Below, piece by piece: positions 22,493 through 33,258 of a DNA stretch of 64,000 nucleotides (position 1 is the stretch's first letter; every line of letters starts with the position of its first letter). The DNA comes from Guillardia theta CCMP2712 (lineage: Eukaryota > Protista > Cryptophyta): contig NW_005434661.1 in NCBI RefSeq assembly GCF_000315625.1, positions 601,548 to 665,547 on the forward strand. Reading direction: 5' to 3'. The position numbers were made by a program, and so were the translations under genes. Below the pieces are notes generated by a model. That model searched no databases. It had not been told where the DNA came from and saw nothing but the letters and a program-made list of their open reading frames with translations.

Positions 22493-25162
22493 CTACTTCT
22501 CCTCTTCGATATAGTCCCAATGAGCGTGGCCGGTGGACCGAACACTCGGGGCTGCCGGCAAGGTCAGACCGGACGGGAGCGGAGAGTCGCACAACGCCGG
22601 GCTACTCACTGCGGACTATCGTGGAGCCGTTCTCGGAGAAATGAAGCTCGATGGACCTCGTCGAGTTGCTGTCGTTGCGGATGGACACGCGTCGCCGCTG
22701 CTGGCTATTGGCTGAAGCGCAGGATCAGTGCGAGAGGTAAGGATAGAAGCTAGGAGGGAGACAGGCAGGGGGAGGAATATCGAAGGAAAGAGGAGGGGGC
22801 AAGGGAGAGGAAGCAACTTGTCCTCACCACTCTGTGGGTGAATGTAGGTGTCATACGGATCCAAGGTTGCTTCTTCTCCCTCCCTCTGGCATAAGGGGTC
22901 AAACTCAACCTCGACGAGTGAGTTCCAGAGGTTACCAAAGTCAACACAATAGTGTTTCCCCTGCTCGGGATGATGATGATCTCATCATCCGGCGCACTTT
23001 TGTTCGCCTTCCTACAGAAACTGCGGGCAGGCTGTCAACGTTCATGCCTCAGGACTCCGCAGCTTCACCAGACGAAGCAGCAGATCACGATCAAGAGCCC
23101 TCCCAGACCGGCTCCTCCGATCTTGATCCAATACATCCAATCGACGCCTGGTGTGAATGGTTCAGGGGACTTCTCGTCGTTCATCCATTCAAGACATACC
23201 AGATTGAGCTGCAAAGTCCGAGGAAACATATTGCCAAACAAACAAACATCAAAACCCAAACTTGTGACAAGCCCGCAGCCTCCAAGTCACCTGGTTGGTT
23301 GGGATACGAGGGCGATTTGATTACTTCTACTTGATAACCCTAGATGATTGAAGCTTCAGCAAAACCGGTAAAACAGGTCAAATAGACGATCTGCCTGCTT
23401 CAGGAAGCAGGACTTGATGTTGCCGTCTGTCATCTGAACACGGGACACGTCAGGTCCAGACAATCGAATCGCTCAACCGTTACCTGCTCAACGGTCTGAG
23501 CAGCGATGTCCATGTTGGCTACAGAGACTGGATGCAATACAGCCATCAGAATCATCTATGCACCAGCACTACAGTACTCTGCAGGTCGACTTGCGAGTTG
23601 ATGTTGGTCACTGACACTAAGTTAGAACCTCTTTCGCACAGCTGAGAATGCAACCTGGCGGGTTAGGAGCTATCACTGTCACCAAAGTGATATTCTGGGG
23701 ATCCACTCCAGATGAACAGCTGGCTGCCCACCGGATCCTAATCGCATCATGACATGTCAGGACCGGATGAGAAAAGGAGCATTCTCAATCCTTACAATTG
23801 CCGATCATTTGACGACAACGATCCTGGAAGAATTGGATCACAAGAGCACAGAGACTTGCAAAACTTTTGAGGACCTGGAGTCTGCTGCATTCCAACAGAG
23901 AAGGATATCACAACATTTGTGCTTGATCCCTGGGGTTGGTTTCCTTTCCGAGACAAACGTCACCACATAAATCAATAGCTCAGAGCAATCTCTGCTACCG
24001 CTTGGAGCATAACTGTAAGTTCCAGGTCCAACGCAAGGACAAGCAGAGCAGGTTGAAGGCGAACCCTACGAATCCTTCTTCTTAAAACAAGCGTGCGATC
24101 CCATACAAGTTCACCAGGATCGTCGCTTCAATCCATCCTCCGTAGAAATTGACCAAGGTGTACATGCCATAACGGCCTTGAACGCCGCAGTCCTGGGTGT
24201 TACTGGGAAGTTCTGATCCCTTGCTGAGCACCCCTGTTAGAGATTTCAGCATCGGAAGCGAGCGAGGGGAAAGGTCAACCTACGACCCATGGCACAGAGT
24301 TAACGAAGATAATGGCAGGTCCCCCAGAGTCACCATTACAACTGTCTTTCCCAGCAATGCCCCCCGTGCAAACAACGTGATTGAAGTCGATAGCACCGCG
24401 CGAGTAAGACCAAGGGTTTGCACTGATACAGTCTTGCTGGGATGCTATATGCAAATCTACTTGCATCAGGTAGGAGGGTATCTGCTTGTTGTTGTTGACG
24501 ACTCCCCACCCTGCAAGAGTGCAAGCGTCTCCTGCAGAAACCTGCAATACGATCAACGGCCTCATGAGAAGGATCAGGATACGAACATTGAGGCTTCCAC
24601 TCAGCCCGTTGACCTTGGCATACTGCGGGACAATCGCGTCCGAGTCAAGCTCGATCAGAGCAATATCGTCGTGGTCCTGATCCATACTTGGCGTATAACA
24701 TGGATGGGGGATGTATCTTACAGCTGAAACGTACTTGCAGTCTACACTGTTGATATCTACACAATTGTACATGATCTTGGTGCTCGCTGTGCCTGTGACG
24801 CTGACGTAACCATCACTGTTGCTGTTCAGCAGACAGTGAGCTGCTGTGAGTAGCCATCGAGGACTGATCAACTGCCCTGAGCACAGGATGCCAGCTCCAC
24901 CCAACATCGTGATCCTTGCTTCCCACGGAATCTGCGAGAAACTGGACTGCACGCCTCCGATGATTCGCAACCTTTCCCTTCCCATGTGTGCTGCGACTTG
25001 GTCCTTCCCACCCAGCGCATTAGGGTGTACGTTGTTCTGTTGCAGTTGCGAAACTCCTACTGGTGTCGCATGAATGAAAGATGAAAAGAATAGAAGGAGA
25101 GAGAGGTAGAGAGATATCCTCGTGTAGGCCGTAGCCGTGGAAACACAGTCAAAACTCTTCAT
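22493..25162 (-). CDS. Type I membrane-anchored trypsin-like (S1A) serine protease (multi-exon)
   Basis: Signal peptide ISLYLSLLLFFSSFIHA, activation site R-IIGG, and triad motifs LTAAHC, DDIALIEL and GDSGGP (GKDSC, S1 Asp). TM segment WIKIGGAGLGGLLIVICCFVW at ~23065-23140. The probable last exon reads PSVRSTGHAHWDYIEEEK*. Confidence 0.85.
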
Positions 25163-25559
25163 CTCTCTTGCATGGCAGTGGGGTGCCTGATCAAGTGGCG
25201 GCCTGATCAAAATCGTCCAATGTCTGACGGCAAGGCGTTGAATCTGTCTATCTTCGAGTTATATCGGAGGTTGCAGTTGTCTCTTCCTTTGTATCTGGGT
25301 CTCCTTTCCTTACTTTCCTGGCTATTCCTATCTTTGCTGCAAAGCTTATATCTTTCCTTAACTCACAAACCCTACGACGAGAACCTACGCATAATAAAGA
25401 CTGAAGTGTCGTCCCAACAAACCCGCAGCATTTCCATGTGATCATGGCCCTTCTTCACCGCCAGTCCGCCTGCCATATCCTCTTCGCCAGCATTCCCATG
25501 CCCTCCCCCGCATTGTCCCCAAGTAATCTTGCTGTTGAAATCTTTACGCCGTGCAACTC

Positions 25560-26270
25560 ACGAGGGTTTTTTTAGATTTCCTTTTCGCCTACCACCCCCT
25601 CTAAATACTGGATAACCCACCCCTTGTCCAAGGCTTTTAGTACCTAAAAGATGATTTGTAGCAGTCTTTCAATCTGACCAGTATTGGGTACGGACAAGAT
25701 ATTAAGTAAATACTCTTACTCAGGAGTTCTGCTATCTTTCGGGGAAGCGAGTGGGTGGACGGATTGGGGGACATATCCTGGGAAACTAATCTAAAGCACA
25801 TGATCAGACATTTTAAATCAAATATTTTATTATTACCGGATAGAGCCTATCGACTCCTTCACGCAACCGTGCAGGCAGGCTAGCATGGAGACCAGTGGTG
25901 ATATTGCAGTCAAAAGGGGGGGTGATGTCCGTGGGCGATGGTAGACATAGGGCACAGGGGGTAGTAAAACCTTGATGGGCTAGGGTGGGGGTTGGGGTGA
26001 GTAGGGGTTATATTGTATATTCTCAATCCTATATGTTTGAGGGTAGGGTAGTTGGGGTAAATTACCCACCCCTTGTCATGGTGGTTGGAAAGGAGGGTGG
26101 CATGACTACAAACCTCATACTACCCCACCCCGATTGATGAGCGCAAATAAATCTTTCACCCCTACCCCAAGCTTTTCATCCTGTGAGCAAATACACCCCT
26201 ACATAGATTGGAGGAATATACCCCTGCTGGGACATTCGCCACGGGTATTCAACAACCCCACCCCCAAGCT
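25560..26270. promoter_or_regulatory. GGGGTA/TACCCC-rich island in a divergent promoter (protease / secreted Cys-rich protein)
   Basis: Dense gggtag, ggggta, tacccc and acccacccc motifs on both strands in AT-richer sequence. Confidence 0.45.
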
Positions 26271-26294
26271 GCCCTCAGCGGCTGTCGCGTCATC

Positions 26295-27231
26295 ATGCAG
26301 AGCTTGAAGCTCTTGGCGCTCTTAGCGGTCCTGGTGCCCATGGCAGAGGCCTACTGCAACCTGAAGACCTACCATGTGAGTCTAGCTCAGGCTCAGCTGT
26401 CTTGAGGGGAGGGGGACGTGCCTTCATGCTCACCTTACCCCATGAGTGATGTTGATGTAACGGTGCTGGCGTCCTGAAGAAGTTTGTGTTGGGTGGGAGG
26501 GGCAGAAGATACGATACTTGTCGACCGACTTGGTCTCCATATGCTGTTCTTGTTCCCCTCATCGCAGCAGGCTGTCTTTCTCCCTGAACTTGTGTGCTCT
26601 GGTCTGAGGATCCTCCCTCTCATGATGCTGATGATACACTGAGTGTGTTGCTCCTCGCATGGATTGCGTTGACGCATTGTCGAACCCAGTCATACTTGAA
26701 GAAGCAAGAGATCACATGCGGGAGCTCGAAGTCGTGAGTCTTTCGCTGCTCTGCTGCGACGTAGGTGACGGGGTCGGGCAGGACCTATTGCGACAAAGAA
26801 TGCAAGAAGTCTATCACGAGCTGGGTGATGTACTCTGACGGATGCGTGGGTGAGAGCGGAACCTGGGTGGGGTTGAGGATGTCTGACATGCTAGCCGCAG
26901 CTCCCAACGAGAACTCCCTGCCCCATCCATTCTTAGACGATAACGGTATCAATCCTGTTTACCAGAAGGACATGGTGAGAAGGCGTGCGGATGTTTCTCC
27001 TCCGTCCGTGCCCCTGCTTGCTCCCACTTCCTGATGCCCATGCTCCAGCACGAGATGAAGGTGAGGTACAAGCACTACTGTGGCAAGCCATGGTCAGCTG
27101 GGGCCCAGCTCTCTCCTCTCAGCAAGTGAGAAGCCTCTCGGGATAGTCTGGGGAAATGGCTGACCTGGCTTGTCAGGTTCGTCAGTCTTGTTGTGGGAGC
27201 TGCTGTCGTGGTCTTTTCCTACCGCATGTAA
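26295..27231 (+). CDS. Small secreted Cys-rich protein with a hydrophobic C-terminus (possible GPI anchor), many short exons
   Basis: MQSLKLLALLAVLVPMAEA-YCNLK; exons TYCDKECKKSITSW.. and HEMKVRYKHYCGKPWS..; ends FVSLVVGAAVVVFSYRM*. Confidence 0.65.
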
Positions 27232-27574
27232 GTTACAGTCGCCTCCTCTCTCATGTCAGTTGGATTTCGTTCTGCGATCAAAGGAATCGAAGGCTGCCTG
27301 TACCATCACAGCCCAGTCCCTTCTCAGTTCTCTGAAGGTCGTTGGTCGAGCGTTGAGAGTGCAGGAAGGGGGAAGAGTCCTCGAGCCGTGCAGTTGTGAT
27401 CGTCGGGTTAAGACAAGTGTTTCTTTGTGTACATGATATCGATGATGCGCTGCTGGTATGCTCTCCCAAGAACAGGATGTATCACTCTACAGAACGATGA
27501 TTCAAGAATGATTAATATTTTTTGATGATTTAAAAGCAACTCGTCTTGGTCCTAGACAAGCAATATTTCCCTTG

Positions 27575-29345
27575 TTAAGCTTTCGGCGTGTGAATTATTC
27601 TTTCTTCTCCTTCTCGTCCTGCGCTTTAGAAGTGTCGTCCTGTTTGGTTTCCGATTGCCCTGCCTCACCAGCCTCCGCCTCCTCCGCTTTCTTGGACGGG
27701 GCCTGAAAGACTTAGATCATCCACAAGCATTGAAGGAGAGTCCAAAATGCCACCGCAACTCTTCCCCCGGTCATGAAGTCCTTGGGTTTGGCAGTACCGA
27801 TCCCCAAAAGCTCGTGGATCTGGGCAAGCAGGTCAGGAGGATGCGCCAGTAGAGAGGAACTGGAAGTTACGTTGTACTTCTTGAAGCTGAAGTAGTCGGG
27901 CGCAATACCGAGGCAGCACTGCGGAGCAAGACAGGTTGAGCAACACGGCAGCAAACAGGCAGCAACGTGAACACCGCGTTGGTCAAGATGTCCACGAGGA
28001 TGCAGACTTCGGGAGACGAAAGATCAACCTACGATGTCTCAGATGCATGTGACTTGCTCGTCTTCATACTTTGTGCTTCTTGTCGACAAGCTGAGCAATC
28101 TTGTCAATGATCTTGTGGAAGAAAAAGTAAGTGAGGGAGAAGGAAACATCCACATGCCAAACGAGGAACCTTGATTCTCTCGACATCATCGTTACTCCTC
28201 TTGCGAAACACAATGCTGTATCTGAAAGATGATGAGCATGAGAGCAACGACACTGTACGAGAGCTACCGTGTCTCCTTAGCTTGAGCGCTCAGATGCTCA
28301 TCAATCAGCTTAACATCCGCGTTACAAGACAACGAGAGCGGACGAACGACTGACCGGCTGGACGGCCTTTAGAATACATTCTTCGCTTGCATAGCAAGTT
28401 GCCAACACTGGCGTTATCCTCACGGCGTACTTGGTCTTGCTGTGGTTTTGTTGCTTCACCTGTGACCCGCTCATCAACCTCCTGCTGGCCAATGCGGCGT
28501 GCTCAATTCTCACCTCGTTGAGAAAATCTAGACAGATCTCTAGCGGGTTCATCTCCTGCTCATCGTGCGTTACCAGCGGATTGAGGATGATGGAATCAAA
28601 CCTTGTTCTGAAACTCAACGAAGACCAGCCCCTTCACATCCGTCTTGATAGTAGAAAACAGACTGTCCTTTTTCTCCCTCGCTGCCTGTAGTGATCGTGA
28701 CGTCACCTCCAGCACATGGAGGAGGGCAAGAAATACCTCGGCCGCTATCTCTTTCTCGATATCACGAGGTCCACTGGCAGGCGCTTCTTGCTTCTGGGGA
28801 TAGCGGATCAAATGCCAGCTCCGCTCCCTCCGCTCCCTCCGCTCCCTCCCTCCACTCCCTCCCTCCGCTCCCCCCACTCCCTGAACCTGAAGAGCCTCGT
28901 GGATCTTGGGGTATCTCTTCTCCGCAAACTCTGTGAACGCCATGATGCACTCTTGCTTGCACAGGTTCTCAGACTGTCGAGGCACAACAGGCGTCAAGGC
29001 TCGCGATCCCCGTCCAAGCAAGCACCACCCGAATGTCGCATGAGACGAGGATCCCGTTGATTCCTGCGCTTCTGAGTCTCTCGAACTCTGCAATGGCAGT
29101 CATGCACAGCATTACCGACGAAGATAGCGCGAGCACCATAGTTCTTTGTGTTGCCTCCCTTGAACTGCCCCCTTCCTCTCCCACCAATGTATTGCCTCTT
29201 CTGCCTCTGTTTCAATCATGTCAGCAGCTACTCCACGCTGGAGTGAACGACCAACCTTGTTTCTCCTGTCATTGTTGGACGACTCGTTGCGTCTGCGAGG
29301 TCTCAAAGTCACCATGCCTCTCATGCTCTGCCAGGCATTGTCCAT
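27575..29345 (-). CDS. THUMPD1: THUMP-domain protein (THUMPD1/Tan1, tRNA acetylation adaptor), multi-exon; start approximate
   Basis: Spliced segments GINGILVSCD, DIEKEIAAE, IKTDVKGLVFVEF, KTKYAVRITPVLATCYA, YSIVFRKRSN, VDLSSPEVCILVDIL and CCLGIAPDYFSFKKYN match the Tan1/THUMPD1 pattern. Confidence 0.8.
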
Positions 29346-29559
29346 GATATTCCATCCCCATTTCGATCTTGACGCCTCGTCCGTTATACTTCACCCTGCT
29401 ATCCCCCATCTCTCCCTCTCCTCTGCTCTCCCCTCCCCTCCCCTCCCCTCCTCTCCCCTCCCCTCCCCTCCCCTCCCCTCCCCTCCTCTCCTCTCCTCCC
29501 TACCCATCACTCACCGCTTTCCTTCTTCTCCCATCTTCACGTGAGCACGCCCTCATCCC

Positions 29560-29900
29560 CTAGACTCGGGAGTTGAACCCGGCCGGGCGGCTGGCAGGCG
29601 GGCCCGGGACCCGGGCCCGACTGATGCCATCCCGGCCGGGAGCCTCAGTCGGGAGTGTCCGATCGGACGATCGGACTGGATGCGCTGGCAGAGTCCGATG
29701 ATCGAGCCGGGGGGCCCATGTCCGAGTCATGCCAGATGAGTCACGAGTCACCTGATCCCGACCTCAGCGGTGCTTCCATTCCGACATCCGCTTCAATGGC
29801 GCGGCACCCGCGCGCCGAGTCCGGCCGCGGATTGGACCGGGCCCGGCCCGGGGCGGCCAGGAACCACTCAGTGACTGGCCGGGCTATACGGTACTCCCTA
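29560..29900. promoter_or_regulatory. CCGG/GAGTC-rich island in a divergent promoter (THUMPD1 / EF-hand protein)
   Basis: About a dozen CCGG plus repeated gagtc and cgatcg in ~340 bp between head-to-head genes. Confidence 0.45.
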
Positions 29901-30037
29901 GCTGTGATCGCCGCAGCTTGACGGCCGTTGACGTCCGTTGACTGTCGGCGGATAGTATAAAATGAAAAGGAGGGAGGAAGAGAGCGAGCTTTCACCTGCT
30001 TGACGGCACGAGAGCAGGGATAGAGATACCTCGCACG

Positions 30038-30763
30038 ATGGAAAGAGAAAGTGAAGCAGTTCCCTCCCACGAGGGAGATCCTCCGATGGACCAAGGAACG
30101 ACATCAGCTCCAACAGTTGGAGAGGGCCAGGACGGGCAGGGCGAGCAGGAAGGGTTGACATCAGCCTCGGCAGTAGGAGCAGAAGTGGAGGGACTGCACG
30201 GCGAGGAGGGACGAGAGGAGGTTGGGCCTCAGGACGGACAGGATGGGCAGCAGGGTCAGCACGAGGAGGATATTGGAGCCAGAGAGGATAAGTGGGAGGA
30301 TCGGGGCAACGATGTAGCTCCTTCGGCGGACCAAGATCTGACATCAGCGTCAGCAGTTGGAGCAGGGGAGGAGGGAGGGGAACAACAGGGGCAGGGGGAG
30401 CAGGGGGCAAGCGTCTCAGAGGGGCAAGAAGAGCCAACATCAGCTTCAGAAGCACAGGCGGGCGAGGAAGGAGAGGGAGAAGAAGGCAAGGCTGGGGAGG
30501 AAGGGGAGGGAGAGCAGGGAAAGGAGGGAGTTGGAATGCAGGATGGAGCCAACGAAGAAGCCTTGGGAATTACGAATTCAATCGGAGGCGAGGAGCTGAG
30601 TAATGGTGCGAAGCAAGAGGGTGAGGGAGGAGAGAGGGATCGAGCTGCGGAAGGAGACCAACGTACCTCGCCTCATCGTCTAGAAACGAACAATGATGTC
30701 GGCAGCCAAGAACTGCAAGTAAGCATGGATGCTTCTCAAGATATTTCTCTTGCGGAGCGACAA

Positions 30764-30822
<59 letters not shown>

Positions 30823-30843
30823 ACAACAGGAGCAGGAGCAACA

Positions 30844-30931
<88 letters not shown>

Positions 30932-33033
30932 CAACAGAAGCAACAACAGGAGCAGGAGCAGATGCAGGAGCAACAACAGGAGCAGGAGCAACAACAGAAG
31001 CAACAACAGGAGCAGGAGCAGATGCAGCAGCAAGAGCAAGAGCTGAGACGTGAACGTGAGAAGTTAGGCGACACCCTTACCTCAAGGTCTTCACCGCACA
31101 GTGGAACCAAGGTCCCTCCTTCCCTTGCATTCAAGTTCGTTTTACTCACCCCCCTCCTCTCAGCTCCATGGCCAGCTGAAGCCGAGCGTTGTTCCCTTCT
31201 CCGCACCGATGGTCGGGTGGGCTCTGGAGGAGCAGGAGCCGGACCTCGCAGGGACTTCGACACCCAGGAAGAGGATAATGCAGCTCTATCGCAGCCCAGA
31301 CCAGGTGCCTGTCTTGCTCCCCCGTTTCTCCCTTTGCTACCTCGTCCTTGCTTTCCCTGGTGTCTCCTGTCCTTTAATCCCACGTCTTGTTGTCTCCTGC
31401 TCTTCCTACTCGCTGTCTTGGTCACCCTCCTCGCTTCTGCTCGTGTTTCCCGTTCGCCTTCCTTTTCTTGCTCTGTCTCCTCGTTGTCTGAAGGAAATGA
31501 GCTGCAGTTCCAGCGCAAGGATGGAGTATTCATGATACCCAAGGACCCCAGGTTCAAGAAGCGACTGATGGGCGTGTTAGAGTGCTACTACGGTCACCAG
31601 TTCTGCATCAAGTTAGAACAGTCGACTACTGTGCAAGAGCAGGCGGAGGGGAGAGGGAGGGATGGAGGTACAACAAGGACGGAGGAGGAAGAAGGGGAGA
31701 GGGCAGATGCGGACAGGGCGGAGGATGGAGAAAGCAAGTTCGAAGAGGAGAGAGATCTTTCCGCGGCGCCTGGAGGTGAGAAAATGTCTCCAAACTACTC
31801 AAACACAGCGTGAAGTTGATGTGCAGCAAGTACGGGGATCGGGGGCATGAAGCTGCGAAAGGATCGCGTGGAGGACGGGAAAGGAGCCGAGCCGCTGACG
31901 AGGACGAGGAGGCTGTCGTTCCTCAAGGAACTATTCTCCTCGCAAGCAGGGATGAAGGGCAGGAGAGAGGAGGAGGAGGAGAGGAAGAAGCTGTCGTTCC
32001 ACGAGGCCCTGCGGCACCTGCGCCAGCTGATGCAGAAGCAGGAGATCCTCCCCAGCGAGTTCCGCCTCGCCCGCTTCAAGCTCGCTTCCATCGAGGCAGA
32101 GCTGCGAAGGAAGCCGGGGGAGCAGCAGGGAGACGGTGGGGGGAGGAGGAAGGAGACGATCCTGCCGGAGCTGCCCAAGTGCAAGGGGATGACCCCAAGG
32201 AGGCTGGCGAACCCGATCATCGCGGACGCGCAGAGGAGGATGCGGGAGATTTTCAGCAACGCGGTGGAGTCTTTCCTGTTCTTCAACATGAGGGGAGCAA
32301 ACGCCGTCTCCCCCAACGACCTCAAGAGAGGATGGGAGAGGCTGAGGGACTACGAGGTCGACTACCGAGCTCTCTTCGTCGCGGTGAAGGCTGAGGACAA
32401 CGAGCAGAGCGAGACGATCGGGTTCCTACACTTCCTGAGGTGAGGGAGGGAGGGAGGGAGGGAGGGAGGGAGGGAGGGAGGGAGGGAGGGAGGGAGGGAG
32501 GGAGGGAGGGAGGGAGGGAGGGAGGGAGGGAGGGAGGGAGGGAGGGAGGGAGGGAGGGAGGGAGGGAGGGAGGGAGGGAGGGNNNNNNNNNNNNNNNNNN
32601 NNNNNNNNNNNNNNNNNNNNNNNNNNNNNNNNNNNNNNNNNNNNNNNNNNNNNNNNNNNNNNNNNNNNNNNNNNNNNNNNNNNNNNNNNNNNNNNNNNNN
32701 NNNNNNNNNNNNNNNNNNNNNNNNNNNNNNNNNNNNNNNNNNNNNNNNNNNNNNNNNNNNNNNNNNNNNNNNNNNNNNNNNNNNNNNNNNNNNNNNNNNN
32801 NNNNNNNNNNNNNNNNNNNNNNNNNNNNNNNNNNNNNNNNNNNNNNNNNNNNNNNNNNNNNNNNNNNNNNNNNNNNNNNNNNNNNNNNNNNNNNNNNNNN
32901 NNNNNNNNNNNNNNNNNNNNNNNNNNNNNNNNNNNNNNNNNNNNNNNNNNNNNNNNNNNNNNNNNNNNNTTCCCTCCACATAGTCTATCTTATCATCAAG
33001 GAGCTCGCAGAGATGAAGACGCCAAGGAAGTGA
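30038..33033 (+). CDS. Acidic G/E/Q-rich protein with a (QE)n repeat and C-terminal EF-hand-like pair (multi-exon; 3' part spans the gap)
   Basis: The 591-aa ORF contains the EQ repeat (30765-31040). A later exon reads [23 protein letters not shown]...[15 protein letters not shown] (degenerate EF-hand loops). Confidence 0.6.
32444..32582. repeat. (GGGA)n tetranucleotide repeat, intronic, running into the assembly gap
   Basis: Perfect tandem ggga. Confidence 0.95.
32583..32969. other. Assembly gap (N run)
   Basis: Run of n. Confidence 1.
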
Positions 33034-33258
33034 AAACAATACCCGACATTCCCTCCATCACTCCTTTCCTCTCTCCCTTCCCGCCCCCCCCCCCTTTGTG
33101 CCTCGTTCATCCTTGAATTGCTTCCTCCCTCCCTCCCTCCCTCCTCTCTCTCTCCTCCTCTCTCTCTCTCTCCCTCTCTCCCTCCCTCCTCTCTCTCTCT
33201 CTCTCTCTCCCTCTCTTCACCATTCATCCTTGCACTCTTCTTTCGCACATCGCTGGTT

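Noticed and set aside
22520-23334. Plus-strand ORFs 22520-22753 and 22834-23334
   Set aside because: They are antisense to the TM and tail exons of the trypsin-like gene, which have better splice signals and composition.
25560-26270. G-rich tracts as interstitial telomeric repeats
   Set aside because: There is no fixed tandem unit; the motifs are dispersed and on both strands.
30680-31046. Poly-L, (SR)n and (CS)n ORFs, and similar poly-M/poly-H/poly-P ORFs across the window
   Set aside because: These are alternative-frame translations of microsatellites; only the QE frame fits the gene.
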